DNA from: Candidatus Dojkabacteria bacterium HGW-Dojkabacteria-1 | GTDB taxonomy: Bacteria > Patescibacteriota > Dojkabacteria > SC72 | Assembly (NCBI GenBank): GCA_002840365.1 | Contig: PHAO01000001.1 | Coordinates: 168,647-232,646, forward strand | Direction: 5' to 3' | Length of the DNA stretch: 64,000 bases | Part shown: piece after piece, positions 1 through 10,802 of the stretch | How the letters are laid out: each line of letters begins with the position of its first letter | Position numbering within the stretch: the stretch's first letter is position 1 | Made by a program: the position numbers and the translations under genes | Notes under the pieces: model-generated | Told to the model about the DNA's origin: nothing | Databases searched by the model: none | The model's input: only the letters and a program-made list of their open reading frames with translations

Positions 1-429
1 ATTGGAACTAATGATTTAACTGAGCAATACATTGATATAACTTCTAGATTAGAAAATCTTAAACAAGTAGAAGCCCAACTCGTAGAAATTCTTAAAAATG
101 CTTCCTCAGTACAAGACATCCTAGCGGTACAGAAAGAATTAAACACAGTAAGGGGAGACATTGAAAGCTATGAAGCGCAAAAGAGATACTTTGATAGTCA
201 GACAGACTATGCATACATATCAATTACATTCAGTATAGACAAGGAAGGATTAAATATTTCTGATGAACCATGGAAACCTTTGGGAGAGTTTAGAGCAGCT
301 CTTAATGCATTGGTATCTGTTTTGAGAGGATTAGTAAATGCAGGAATATGGTTACTTGTATTTTCACCTGTAGTTCTAATACCTGTAGGTATTGTCATAT
401 TCGTTACTAAGAAAAAGCAGGTAAAATAA
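1..429 (+). CDS. DUF4349-family protein, C-terminal part (truncated by window start)
   Basis: Frame 1 open to TAA 427-429: DLTEQYIDITSRLENLKQVEAQL...DILAVQKELNTVRGDIESYEAQKRY...YAYITITF then a TM helix, typical of DUF4349. Confidence 0.75.
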   Translation: MGTNDLTEQYIDITSRLENLKQVEAQLVEILKNASSVQDILAVQKELNTVRGDIESYEAQKRYFDSQTDYAYISITFSIDKEGLNISDEPWKPLGEFRAALNALVSVLRGLVNAGIWLLVFSPVVLIPVGIVIFVTKKKQVK

Positions 430-452
430 AGGATAAAATGATATAATATATG

Positions 453-753
453 GCGTAAGTATCATATACGATCGCGCTAATTAATAATTAGTGAGGAAAG
501 TCCGGACTCCATGTAGCCTCTGACATATTGAGGTAAGTGCCAATGAAAATTGGGAGGGAGTGATCTTTCGGAGAAAAGGGCAACAGAAAGTTATACCGCC
601 TAAGTTTACTTAGGTAAGGGTGAAATGGTGGTGTAAGAGACCACCGGGTATTGCAGTAATGTAATATCGCGTGGCAACCCCCCTTGGAGCAAGGCTTAGC
701 CGCATAGATAGATGATCGTTTAATACAGAATCCGGCTTACTTGATACTTACGC
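453..753 (+). ncRNA. rnpB: RNase P RNA
   Basis: GAGGAAAGTCCGGACT and ACAGAATCCGGCTTA consensus blocks; terminal helix gcgtaagtatca/tgatacttacgc; TGaTATAAT just upstream. Confidence 0.95.
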
Positions 754-778
754 ATTTAAATACAGTACACTAGAAAAC

Positions 779-1084
779 ATGAGTATAGAGGATGAGATAT
801 ATCAAGATTGTTTCGGCGATGATGATGATTTTGACAAGGAACTAGACCAAGAAGTAATTGAGGACTTAGCAATGGACTATATATGGGGTGAAGTGACAGA
901 TGATAACCCTTCAACCGCAAATGGCCTTTCAGGTCTAGAGCAAGTAATAGCATATGCATTTGATCTTGCCCAAGATGACAAGAAAACAATCAGAAAATTA
1001 AAGTATAGGGTATACGCTAGAGTTTCAGAACTTAATGGTGGATGTGATATGAGTAGTGCCGATTCTTTTTCTTTACAAGATTAA
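779..1084 (+). CDS. small acidic hypothetical protein
   Basis: 101-aa ORF; TACACT -10-like box 7 nt before ATG. Confidence 0.6.
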   Translation: MSIEDEIYQDCFGDDDDFDKELDQEVIEDLAMDYIWGEVTDDNPSTANGLSGLEQVIAYAFDLAQDDKKTIRKLKYRVYARVSELNGGCDMSSADSFSLQD

Positions 1085-2041
1085 ATCTTTTCCAATACCA
1101 TTAATAAAATCTTTTTCTTTCAACCTGTTTCTCCCCTCTATTTGTAAGTCCTTTATTCTTAAGGAAGTGTTTCTATCTTTTGTAGAAATTAGGAGACAGT
1201 CATTGCTTACATAAGGAGACCCAGGCTTCAAATTAGAATCTATATCGACAAGTTCAGCCTCATAAATCTTGACAATCTTACCCTGTAAGTTTCTTGTCTT
1301 ACCCTCTTGTATAACAAACCAAGCAACTGGCCAAGGAATCATAGCTCTAACTAGCCTTTCAATATATTTTGGGTCCATTTCATCCCACAATATCTCCGCT
1401 TTGTCTTTGGATATATCCTTTTGCCAACAGTAAGTAGCTTTAGAATCATCTTGTTTCTCAGGGGTAATATTTCCCTCTATCCAATCCTCCAAAATATCTC
1501 CAAGTACTTCCGCAGATTTCTTAACTAATCTTTCTCTTAAAGATTGGTTGGTATCATTTGGTAATATCGGTTCTCTGTAAATCTCTAAGACATCTCCCTC
1601 ATCCATTCCTTCTGACATTAACATTATGGAAATACCCGTCTCATTCTCACCATCCAATATTGCTTTTTGAATAGGGACAGCTCCTCTGTATTTAGGTAAT
1701 ATTGAAAAATGAACGTTAATTGCCTTGTATTTAGGATATTCCAAGAAAAACCCTGGCACTATCTCTCCAAAAGCTTTACATACAATTAGCTCCGGTTTAA
1801 AAAGTTCTAAAGCTTGTGCATATCTTTCTTCATTCTTCTCCGTATGAAAAACCTCTATACCATTTTCAAGAGCATAATCTTTGACTTTAGAAGGAGTTAA
1901 GATCTGTTTTCTACCAACCGGCTTATCTGTTGTAGTTATTACTCCTACGATATCAAACCTTTCATCAATATGTAGAGCCTTAAGTGTCTCGACTGATTCC
2001 CAGTCTGTTCCAAGAAAGAGAGTTTTAATTGATTCCACCAT
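1073..2041 (-). CDS. fmt: methionyl-tRNA formyltransferase
   Basis: FLGT, DKPVGRKQIL, INVHFSILPKYRGAVPIQ, GMDEGD motifs. Confidence 0.95.
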   Translation of the reverse strand: MVESIKTLFLGTDWESVETLKALHIDERFDIVGVITTTDKPVGRKQILTPSKVKDYALENGIEVFHTEKNEERYAQALELFKPELIVCKAFGEIVPGFFLEYPKYKAINVHFSILPKYRGAVPIQKAILDGENETGISIMLMSEGMDEGDVLEIYREPILPNDTNQSLRERLVKKSAEVLGDILEDWIEGNITPEKQDDSKATYCWQKDISKDKAEILWDEMDPKYIERLVRAMIPWPVAWFVIQEGKTRNLQGKIVKIYEAELVDIDSNLKPGSPYVSNDCLLISTKDRNTSLRIKDLQIEGRNRLKEKDFINGIGKDLIL

Positions 2042-2105
2042 GCTGTAATTTTACTGCAATAGCAAGAAAAATGCCATAAAATGTAATATAATAGCGATAC
2101 CAAGA

Positions 2106-3146
2106 ATGAAAATAGAAGAATTTAAGTACAACTTACCAGAGGAGTTAATAGCAAAATATCCTCCTAAGAAAAGAGGTACATCGAACTTGTTAGTACTTGA
2201 TAAAGAGAGTGGAGAAATCACTCATAGGAAATACTTTAACATACCAGAATATATCCAGAAAGGAGATATTGTTGTATTAAATGAAACTAAAGTAATAAAC
2301 AGTAGGACATTTTTCTTTACACCAAAAGGTAAGAGAGTGGAAGTACTCTTTTTGGAAAATATTGGTAACGACATATGGTATGTCCTCATCGGTAGAGCTA
2401 GAAATGTAGATATCGAAGATACATTAGTAAATGAAGAAGGTCAAGAAGTACAAATACAGATTAAAGAGAGAAAAGAGAATGGATTTGTAGTTCTGTTTAC
2501 TAAAGGTTCAAGTCATATCCTTTTTGAAAAGTATGGGCATACCCCTCTCCCCCCATATATGAAAAGAGAAGACGAGGAAAGTGATAAAGAGAGATACAAT
2601 ACAATATTTTCTAAAATACAAGGAGCTGTAGCAGCACCAACGGCAAGTCTTAATCTTACAGATGAAATATTAAAGGAAATTGAAAAGAGGGGAGCAAAAA
2701 TATTGAAGGTAGAATTAAGAGTAGGATGGGGAACATTTGCACCAATTAGAGAAGAAGATATTGAAAATCACAAAATTCATACGGAATATATAAATATATC
2801 TCAAGAGGTAGCAGAAGCAATTAACAACAGAAAAGGAAAAGTGTGGGCATTTGGAACAACAGTAGCAAGAACACTCGAAAGTGTTGCATATGAACAAAAT
2901 GGGAAATATTTGCTTAAATCATACTCCGGAGATACCTCCCTTTATATATACCCAGGATATAAATGGAAGATTGTAGATACTCTTGTTACAAACTTCCATA
3001 TGCCAGACTCCTCACTAATTCTTCTGGTTAGTTCTTTTGCAGGTAAGGAAAATATCAAACAGGCATATGAAGAAGCAGTAAGTAAAAAATACAAATTCCT
3101 TAGCTATGGGGACAGTATGTTAATTGGAAATAACTTAAGTAAATAG
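2106..3146 (+). CDS. queA: SAM:tRNA ribosyltransferase-isomerase
   Basis: LPEELIA, NETKV, PLPPY, GAVAAPTA, TNFHMP, FLSYGD. Confidence 0.95.
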   Translation: MKIEEFKYNLPEELIAKYPPKKRGTSNLLVLDKESGEITHRKYFNIPEYIQKGDIVVLNETKVINSRTFFFTPKGKRVEVLFLENIGNDIWYVLIGRARNVDIEDTLVNEEGQEVQIQIKERKENGFVVLFTKGSSHILFEKYGHTPLPPYMKREDEESDKERYNTIFSKIQGAVAAPTASLNLTDEILKEIEKRGAKILKVELRVGWGTFAPIREEDIENHKIHTEYINISQEVAEAINNRKGKVWAFGTTVARTLESVAYEQNGKYLLKSYSGDTSLYIYPGYKWKIVDTLVTNFHMPDSSLILLVSSFAGKENIKQAYEEAVSKKYKFLSYGDSMLIGNNLSK

Positions 3147-3150
3147 AAGG

Positions 3151-4170
3151 ATGAATTTAGAGACTCTTAAACAAAAATATTTCTTCATGCCAGATGCAAC
3201 TAGAGGAGCAGTAAGATACCTAACTACAAAACAACTTAAAGAAACAGGTACAGAGGCTATCGTTACAAATACACTACATCTACTTATACATCCTGGTCCT
3301 GATGTAATACAGGAGTTGGGAGGTATAAAGAAGATGATGGGATGGGATGGTATTGTTTTTACAGACTCTGGTGGTTTCCAGGTATTTTCTTTAATTCATT
3401 CTAAGAAATGGAAGGGTAAAGTACATGAAAATGGTGCTACTTTTAAATCTCCAAGAGAGGGAAATGTATATGAACTTACACCTGAATCTAGTATTGATAT
3501 ACAGATAAAGATTGGAAGTGATGTATTGGTGTGTTTAGATGATTGTAGAAAAACAGATTTAAATAGATATGAAGCAGAGCAATCTGTAGAGAGAACAATA
3601 AAGTGGGCAAAAAGATGTAAAGATCACTTTGAGAAAGAATATGGTGGAACAGCAAAAACTGGAAAACTTCTTACATGTGTTGTGCAAGGAGCCAATTTTC
3701 CAGACTTAAGAGAAAAGTGTGCAAAAGCATTAGTAGAAATAGGGTTTGATGGTTACAACTTCGGAGGATTTGTAGTAGACAGTGAGGGAAGGTTAGTGGA
3801 AGATGAAATGTCTGCAGTGATAGAGAATGTTCCGAAAGATACAATAAGGTATGCAATGGGAGTTGGTAAACCAGAAGATATTCTTAAAGCAGCGAAAATA
3901 GGTTTTAATCTCTTTGATACAGTACTTGTTACTCGTAATGCAAGACATGGAACACTGTATACATCAGAAGGAGAATTAAGGATGGGTAATAGTGAAATGG
4001 CTTTGGATAAAAGACCCGTAGATTCTAATTGTAATTGTGAATGTTGTTCTAATTATACTAGAGCATATATTCATCATATGATGAAAAATGGAGAAGCGAC
4101 TGCGCTTACTCTGGCAACTATCCACAATCTTACACACTACCAGTCTTTAATAAGTAAGCTAAATAGCTAG
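3151..4170 (+). CDS. tgt: tRNA-guanine transglycosylase
   Basis: TDSGGFQVFSL, MGVGKPED, FD, CxCxxC zinc site, HNL. Confidence 0.93.
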   Translation: MNLETLKQKYFFMPDATRGAVRYLTTKQLKETGTEAIVTNTLHLLIHPGPDVIQELGGIKKMMGWDGIVFTDSGGFQVFSLIHSKKWKGKVHENGATFKSPREGNVYELTPESSIDIQIKIGSDVLVCLDDCRKTDLNRYEAEQSVERTIKWAKRCKDHFEKEYGGTAKTGKLLTCVVQGANFPDLREKCAKALVEIGFDGYNFGGFVVDSEGRLVEDEMSAVIENVPKDTIRYAMGVGKPEDILKAAKIGFNLFDTVLVTRNARHGTLYTSEGELRMGNSEMALDKRPVDSNCNCECCSNYTRAYIHHMMKNGEATALTLATIHNLTHYQSLISKLNS

Positions 4171-4200
4171 AAAGAAGACGCTAAAAATGATATCATTACT

Positions 4201-4363
4201 AAGTCCTTGATATAGCCATTTTTTAAGGCAGGGAAAGAAATATTGATATATTGAATTAATGAAATTTTTGAAGAATATATATATTAAAAGATATATACAA
4301 GAAGAATATTACAATCGGAATCTAGGTTAGATTCTGCTTTTTCTTTTCCCCAAAATAAGGATT
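4201..4363 (+). ncRNA. ssrS: candidate 6S RNA
   Basis: TGaTATCAT promoter at 4188-4196; closing stem agtcctt/aaggatt, second stem gggaaagaaa/tttcttttccc, about 160 nt; lies directly upstream of rny, a known 6S synteny. Confidence 0.5.
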
Positions 4364-4387
4364 GAATAAATTTTTAACAGTACTGTA

Positions 4388-5908
4388 ATGGACTTCATTA
4401 TTGGTCTCATTGCAACTCTACTGGGAAGTGCTCTCGCATTTTCTTACATTAAGTTTGTAAAAAAATGGGTAGACATAAAGAATATACCAGAAGAAGAAGT
4501 AGCAAGAGTTGCAGACAAAATAATCGGTGACAAAATAGAAAAAGCCGAAAAAGAAATAGAGGAAAACAAAAAGAGATCTGAGGATAGACTCAGGGAAATG
4601 AGGAAAGAAACTCAAGAGCATGAAGAGCTTCTCATAGATAGAGAGAAGAAGCTAAATGAGAGAACAAAGATGCTTGATCAGAAGAGTGAGGAATTGGAAG
4701 TATCTACTGAAAGTGTAAAGAAAATGCAAAGAGGTCTCGAGAAGACTAGAGCTCAACTTAAAGAAGAATTAGAAAGGATATCAGGTCTTACACAAGAAGA
4801 AGCAAGGCAAAAATTAATGAGCCAAGTAGATGAGGATATAAAAAACTATGAAGCAAAAAAGATTAGACAAGCAGAAAAGAAGGTAGAAGAAATTGCAGAA
4901 GAGAAAGCTAGAGAGATACTTGTAGAATCTATGCAAAGAATAGCTACTGACTATGTAGGAGAAACTACAACATCTACTATTAAAATTGAAGATGACAAAG
5001 TTAAGGGTAGAGTAATCGGTAAGGAAGGAAGAAACATTAGAGCATTTGAAAAACTAACAGGGGTAGATGTAATAGTGGATGAATCACCAAATACAATTGC
5101 TCTTTCATCCTTTGATCCACTTAGGAGAGAAATAGCTTCTGTCGCACTTACCAAACTTATCGGTGATGGAAGAATTCATCCAGGTTCAATTGAAGAAGCA
5201 ATTAGAAAAGCAAAGAATGAAATTTCGATAGAGATTAAAAAGAATGGTCAAATACTTGCTGAAGAGGCAGATTGGCCAGGAATAGACATAGGGTTGCTTA
5301 AACTCATTGGTAAGATGAAGTACAGAACAAGCTATGGACAATCACTCATGTCTCATACAATTGAGATGATGAGAATGGGAGAAGTATTAGCTGCTGAGGT
5401 AGGAGCTGATGTATCACTAGTAAAGAGAGCATGTCTTTTACATGATGTCGGTAAGGTTTTAACACACAAAATTGAAAGTCCTCATCATCATATATCTGGT
5501 CAAGTTGCTAGAAAGTATGGATTAGATGAGAAGTTAGTTAATGCAATAGAGTCACACCACTTAGATATTGAACCACAATCTGTAGAAGCAGTATTAGTAT
5601 ATATAGCAGATGCAATCTCTGGTGCAAGACCAGGTGCAAGAAAGGATAGCTATGAACAATATATTCAGAGAATTGAATCATTAGAGAATGTAGCTAAGGA
5701 ATTAGGTGGAGACAAGATAGAAGAGGTATTTGCAATTAAAGCAGGAAGAGAACTAAGAATAATTGTTAAACCTGCTTTGATATCCGATGATGAGATGACA
5801 GTACTTGCAAAGGATATTGCATCAAGTATTGAGAAGACTCAGAACTATCCAGGTAATGTAGAAGTAACCTTAATTAGAGAAACTAGAGCTGTAGAAGTAG
5901 CTAGATAG
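4388..5908 (+). CDS. rny: ribonuclease Y
   Basis: N-terminal TM, coiled coil, KH motif KGRVIGKEGRNIR, HD motif LLHDVGK, ADAISGARPGAR. Confidence 0.96.
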   Translation: MDFIIGLIATLLGSALAFSYIKFVKKWVDIKNIPEEEVARVADKIIGDKIEKAEKEIEENKKRSEDRLREMRKETQEHEELLIDREKKLNERTKMLDQKSEELEVSTESVKKMQRGLEKTRAQLKEELERISGLTQEEARQKLMSQVDEDIKNYEAKKIRQAEKKVEEIAEEKAREILVESMQRIATDYVGETTTSTIKIEDDKVKGRVIGKEGRNIRAFEKLTGVDVIVDESPNTIALSSFDPLRREIASVALTKLIGDGRIHPGSIEEAIRKAKNEISIEIKKNGQILAEEADWPGIDIGLLKLIGKMKYRTSYGQSLMSHTIEMMRMGEVLAAEVGADVSLVKRACLLHDVGKVLTHKIESPHHHISGQVARKYGLDEKLVNAIESHHLDIEPQSVEAVLVYIADAISGARPGARKDSYEQYIQRIESLENVAKELGGDKIEEVFAIKAGRELRIIVKPALISDDEMTVLAKDIASSIEKTQNYPGNVEVTLIRETRAVEVAR

Positions 5909-5960
5909 CGTAACTTCTAGTACACATTACTACAGGACCTAAATGCAACTAGGGTAAAAG

Positions 5961-5987
5961 AGGGGAGATAACTAATCTCCCCTTTTT
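5961..5987 (+). terminator. intrinsic terminator after rny
   Basis: aggggagat-loop-atctcccct followed by T run. Confidence 0.8.
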
Positions 5988-6352
5988 GTTTAAAAATCCT
6001 TTTATGTACACATTTTGTTTGTAAAACCTTTGGAAAGATCCTTATACAAAGATTTACTTAAACATGAAAGAATGCTTTTAAATAGTGACTTTTCAGGCAT
6101 GGGGATATGAAACAATATAGAAAAGAAAACATTTAAATAAATATTAATTTAAGATAATCAAATTATTTACTCAAAAGAAACATCATTTATCTTGACAAAT
6201 CAATACTTTTTAATACTACCTCTATAAAATCCTATAACAATAAGCTTCTTGCTGTAATCCTTTATTTACGCTATTTTATTGAAGTGGTAGCACGAATCGC
6301 ATGATATCAGGATTCGTGGCACCCATATCTCTAAGAAAGGAGGTTTAAACAC

Positions 6353-6625
6353 ATGTTAAAGAAAGATTTAATAGAGAGAGTTGCTAAAGCTGCTGGACTT
6401 ACAAAGAAGCAAGCAGGTGAGGCTGTAGATGCATTGTTTGATGCAATCACAGATTCACTTAAGTCTGGAGATCCTGTTTTACTAACAGGCTTCGGTAAGT
6501 TTGAAGTAAGAGAAAGAGCTGCTAGAACAGGTATCAATCCTAAGACTCTTGAGAAGATCAAGTTACCAGCATCTAAGGTTCCTGCCTTTAAAGCTGGAAA
6601 AGCACTTAAGGTTGCTGTTAAGTAA
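6353..6625 (+). CDS. hup: HU DNA-binding protein
   Basis: [20 protein letters not shown]...[10 protein letters not shown]; strong SD AAAGGAGGT upstream. Confidence 0.96.
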   Translation: MLKKDLIERVAKAAGLTKKQAGEAVDALFDAITDSLKSGDPVLLTGFGKFEVRERAARTGINPKTLEKIKLPASKVPAFKAGKALKVAVK

Positions 6626-6665
6626 GCAATTTCTGCCGGCATTTCTCTCTAGACGAGAGAATTAG

Positions 6666-6698
6666 AAAACCTGGGTTCCTGACCCAGGTTTTTCTTTT
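6666..6698. terminator. bidirectional intrinsic terminator
   Basis: aaaacctgggt-tcctg-acccaggtttt between convergent genes. Confidence 0.8.
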
Positions 6699-6712
6699 AC
6701 ACAATCCAATGA

Positions 6713-7192
6713 TTATTTCTCTTGTTTGAAGAAGAATACTACAGAATTAGCTTTTTCTAAATCAACCATATCAGCTACCCCAAGTTTCTCTTTATTGTCT
6801 ATCATTTTGATAATGAATTTCTCAAAAAGATTCAATTTAGAAAAAACAACCCTACCAGGTAATTTAATATATTGAATCTTTTTCCTTATATGTACAGGAA
6901 TTTGTTTGTATGCATCCTTACTATTAGGATGATCCTCTGGTAGCATTCCAACTGCAAATACAAATACATTCTTGTTTTTTAATATACTCCAATTATTAAT
7001 TAAAAAGGAATTGTAAAAAGTCATACCAGCATATACAGAAGAACCTAATATTACATTCTTGTAAGAATTCAAATTTTTGATATCAAATTCTTCAACAGAG
7101 AATAGTTCGCTATCAGGAATATTCCTGTTTATATACTCTGCATACTCCTTTGTACTACCATATTTTGATTTATATATTATTACTGTATTCAT
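6713..7192 (-). CDS. flavodoxin-domain protein (HemG-like)
   Basis: IIYKSKYGSTKEYA FMN-binding loop, LGSSVYAG; start moved to MNTVII (track gives 7252). Confidence 0.8.
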   Translation of the reverse strand: MNTVIIYKSKYGSTKEYAEYINRNIPDSELFSVEEFDIKNLNSYKNVILGSSVYAGMTFYNSFLINNWSILKNKNVFVFAVGMLPEDHPNSKDAYKQIPVHIRKKIQYIKLPGRVVFSKLNLFEKFIIKMIDNKEKLGVADMVDLEKANSVVFFFKQEK

Positions 7193-7306
7193 TAATCTAG
7201 TTATCAAATTATACGCAATTATATATGAATTATTTTCAAAAGCGAACTTCATATTTAACCAATGACATGCTACTATGTATCAATAAATGATGTATAACTA
7301 CTGCTA

Positions 7307-8689
7307 GTGAGGAAATTCTTTATTCCAAGTAAAGACAATGATTACAAACCCTTCTTACTTAGGAGAGCTGCTCTCTCTGTATATACAATATTACTTCTTT
7401 TAGTTAACACCTTTGGTGGACTTGTAGGTATACCAGAAGTAATGGCAAGTTCTGTCACACCAAGTAATATAATAGGGCTTACAAATCAACAAAGAGCAGC
7501 AGCTGGACTAAATACTCTTAATGTTGATTCTAGGCTTACTGCAGCGGCTCAGGCGAAGGCAAACAACATGTTTTCAGAGCAGTATTGGGATCACTTTGGA
7601 CCAAATGGAGAGACTCCCTGGATGTTTATCTCACAAGCGGGATATCAGTATGTATATGCAGGTGAAAACTTAGCAAAAGGGTTTAGAACAGCAGAGGGTG
7701 TACATGAGGCATGGATGGCTAGTCCGACACATAGGGATAATATAATGAGTGGAAATTACAAAGATATTGGAGTTGCAGTAGTAGAGGGAGAACTTCTTGG
7801 AAAACAAACAACTCTTGTTGTTCAGATGTTTGGTAATTTAACATCTCAGACATTTAAAGCAGATGCACCTGTAAAATCAGAAACTACAAAACCAAAAGCA
7901 ACCATTGTAGAAAGTGGTCAGATTAAATCGATAAGTATAACTAGTCCTAAAGTTGGGGATTTAATAAAGGATGCTAATGTAAATATTAAGGGTATAACAA
8001 AAAATATTACAGGAAACTACTCTGTAGAAATTCTCAACAATGGTGAATATGTTGGAGAGGTTGAGAGTAGTTCCTCGCAGTGGGAATATGACAAAGGAAG
8101 TGACTGGGAAGAAGGAGAGAAAAGAATTATTGCTCAAGTAAAAGGGCAAGATATTAAATCAGAACAAGTAATCTTTACGATTGACTCCTCTCCACCAATA
8201 TTTTCCAAAGAAAGTATCGTAGTAAAGAGAACAGATACTGAATTTATAATTAGTTTTAAGGTACCTGTAGATGCTCAGTCAATACAATTTGTAACAGGTG
8301 ACAAGACCTTTGATTTAGAAGTAGATGAAGAAGGAAATGCAGTATTAGGAATCTCAAGAGAAGATATTGGGGGAAGGTCAATTATCATAATTGCAGATGC
8401 AGCAGGCAATATTTCGGAACATGATATATCGGAATATTTCTTAGACGGAGATGAAGTAACACAGGGAACTCCCAGTTTGATACTTTGGTTTAGAAATATT
8501 ATTGGTACAACAGATGGTATAAGCTTGGCAATTGTATCCTTTGTATTTATACTCTTATCGATAGAGGTATATGTATATTGGAAAAAAGGAATGTTAGGAA
8601 AGAGTGCTGGAGGATTGTTTACGATAGGGGCATGGTGGTTAATTATCTTAGTTGGTGTATTTAAAGGTTTCGGAGGAATTATTAATTAA
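7307..8689 (+). CDS. CAP (SCP) domain membrane-anchored protein
   Basis: TNQQR, YWDH, AGENLA, WMASPTHRDNI; Ig-like middle, C-terminal TMs. Confidence 0.85.
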   Translation: MRKFFIPSKDNDYKPFLLRRAALSVYTILLLLVNTFGGLVGIPEVMASSVTPSNIIGLTNQQRAAAGLNTLNVDSRLTAAAQAKANNMFSEQYWDHFGPNGETPWMFISQAGYQYVYAGENLAKGFRTAEGVHEAWMASPTHRDNIMSGNYKDIGVAVVEGELLGKQTTLVVQMFGNLTSQTFKADAPVKSETTKPKATIVESGQIKSISITSPKVGDLIKDANVNIKGITKNITGNYSVEILNNGEYVGEVESSSSQWEYDKGSDWEEGEKRIIAQVKGQDIKSEQVIFTIDSSPPIFSKESIVVKRTDTEFIISFKVPVDAQSIQFVTGDKTFDLEVDEEGNAVLGISREDIGGRSIIIIADAAGNISEHDISEYFLDGDEVTQGTPSLILWFRNIIGTTDGISLAIVSFVFILLSIEVYVYWKKGMLGKSAGGLFTIGAWWLIILVGVFKGFGGIIN

Positions 8690-8701
8690 AACTGCCTAAA
8701 A

Positions 8702-9493
8702 TTGAAAAAGAAAATAGAGATAAAAAATGAATTGCTTTACTTAGCATTGATTACACTTGTTACAGTGTACTTTTCATACACTACACATATTGCTGGATTA
8801 ATGTACTTAGTAACAGGTACTCTTGGTTTGTTACTCCTGCTTACTTGGTTTGTAAGAGCATTTGCACTCTACTCTGGAAGAAGAATATCTCAATATAGTG
8901 AAGTAATACAAAGGATATCGATAAGGGATAGATTCTTTTCTTACTTTGTATTACCATCCGTTTTCTACATCTCTCTACTTGCATATATATATTTTAATAC
9001 CTCTACAATAATGGATATGGTATTAATATTGGTTGCCTCAATACAGATATTAATACTCTTTCTAAACGTAAAAAGCTCTCTTAACAAGGTATATACAATT
9101 GCAGCACAAACAAGGGCTGTATTTGACTTCATATGTATATCTACATACTTCCTACTACTAAGTGTATTGATAAGGATGGGGTTAACAATCTTTCCATTTC
9201 TAGGATTAGTATTCCTTTCCTCGTTTATACTTTTCTGGTTCGATGTAAAAATACATAGTAGGGAAAGCCTTGTAGCATTTTTACTCTCCTTTGTATCAGC
9301 TATCTTTGTATCTCTCTTTGCATGTTTGTTCTTCTCTAGTAATATATTCATTATCCCAGCAGTAGGAACTTTGGCATTTTACTTAATTTTGTCGCTTTGG
9401 AATATACGTTTTGCAGGTAAAGTCCGATTGGTAGATTACCTTCTTCCTTTCCTGTACTCAATACTAGCATTAATATTAATCTTAAACCTATGA
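8702..9493 (+). CDS. multi-pass membrane protein
   Basis: 263-aa hydrophobic ORF in operon context. Confidence 0.7.
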   Translation: MKKKIEIKNELLYLALITLVTVYFSYTTHIAGLMYLVTGTLGLLLLLTWFVRAFALYSGRRISQYSEVIQRISIRDRFFSYFVLPSVFYISLLAYIYFNTSTIMDMVLILVASIQILILFLNVKSSLNKVYTIAAQTRAVFDFICISTYFLLLSVLIRMGLTIFPFLGLVFLSSFILFWFDVKIHSRESLVAFLLSFVSAIFVSLFACLFFSSNIFIIPAVGTLAFYLILSLWNIRFAGKVRLVDYLLPFLYSILALILILNL

Positions 9494-10194
9494 AAAAGAG
9501 CATTGTATTAAAAGTTGGAGGATCAATTCTGTATGATCATTTACTTAATATCAATTTTGAACTCTTTCGAAGAGTAAAACTTTGGTACTGGGATGCAAAG
9601 AAAGAATATGAGAATATTGTTCTTGTAACAGGTGGGGGTGGCATATCCAGAAATATGCAGGAGAAAGTCTCTGAAAATATTGATGGGGAAGAAGATATTC
9701 ATAATATAGCAATGTCTTTAACACAAACGAATGCAACAATACTTGCTTCATATCTTGAAGATAAGGAAATATTTCTCCCCAAAAAGTTGGGTGATGCATA
9801 TGAATATCTACATATGTCTACAGGAAAATATATGGTAAGTGGTGGTTTGAAGGTAGGATGGAGTACAGATATGGATGCTGCGGTATTTGCAGATATATTA
9901 GGTGCAGACAGGGTGTTTAAAATATCAAATGTAGATGCAATATATGACAAAGATCCAAAAGAATACTTTGAAGCAAAACCTATAAGGGATATGTCTTGGG
10001 AAGAGTATTTTCAGATGTTTTCAATATTTCCAGGGCAAACACATACCCCAAATTCCCATATGCCAGTAGACTCACAATGCTCAATGTATTGTGAAAAGAA
10101 AGGTCTCTCATTTCATATAACTGGTGGGAAGCTATTAGATGAAAAACAAGATATAAAGGAAATCCTAAACGAGGGAACCTTTGTTCATCCGTAA
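9490..10194 (+). CDS. pyrH: UMP kinase, archaeal-type
   Basis: VLKVGGS, VTGGG, GWSTD, SNVDAIYDKDP. Confidence 0.8.
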   Translation: MKKSIVLKVGGSILYDHLLNINFELFRRVKLWYWDAKKEYENIVLVTGGGGISRNMQEKVSENIDGEEDIHNIAMSLTQTNATILASYLEDKEIFLPKKLGDAYEYLHMSTGKYMVSGGLKVGWSTDMDAAVFADILGADRVFKISNVDAIYDKDPKEYFEAKPIRDMSWEEYFQMFSIFPGQTHTPNSHMPVDSQCSMYCEKKGLSFHITGGKLLDEKQDIKEILNEGTFVHP

Positions 10195-10196
10195 AT

Positions 10197-10667
10197 CTAC
10201 TCAATAGTAAGGATTGTACAGGCTGTTTCTCCAGCTGGAGTCTCTATAGACAATTTTGCACCCTTCTTCTTTCCCATAAGAGAGCTACCAATAGGGGATT
10301 TGTAAGAGATTTTCAGCTCTAGTGGGTTTGCCTCATTTATACCTACAATATCAAAAGTTTTTAATTGACCGCCCTGACACTCTATCGTTACCTTACTGCC
10401 TATATCTACAACATTTGTTTTCTTCTCTGTTACAATTTCTGATGTTTCTAATGTCTTTCGTATCTCAAGAATCTTCTCTTCGTTGTTTTGAAAATCTTCT
10501 ACAGCAAGAGAGTATCCATCGTTCTCTCTAAGGTCACCCTGCTTTCTCATTTGATTAAGTGTTTCTTGTAATTTTGTTCTAACCTTTCCTTCTCTTTTTT
10601 CTAGTTCTTTTTGAAGCTTTCTGTAACCTTCTTTTGTGAGCAGTACTTTATGTTTGTTAACTGCCAT
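10197..10667 (-). CDS. greA: transcription elongation factor GreA
   Basis: LTKEGY, GDLRENDGY acidic tip, ISYKSPIGSSLMG. Confidence 0.88.
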   Translation of the reverse strand: MAVNKHKVLLTKEGYRKLQKELEKREGKVRTKLQETLNQMRKQGDLRENDGYSLAVEDFQNNEEKILEIRKTLETSEIVTEKKTNVVDIGSKVTIECQGGQLKTFDIVGINEANPLELKISYKSPIGSSLMGKKKGAKLSIETPAGETACTILTIE

Positions 10668-10802
10668 CTTAATGAATATATAAGTTATATTCGTGCAATC
10701 ATATTACCAATTATCCCCTTTGTCAATGAATTTTTTACATCAAAAAATATGGGTAAAAAGAAAGACCAAAAGCCATTTTTGTGGTAAAATGCTAGCCAAT
10801 AT

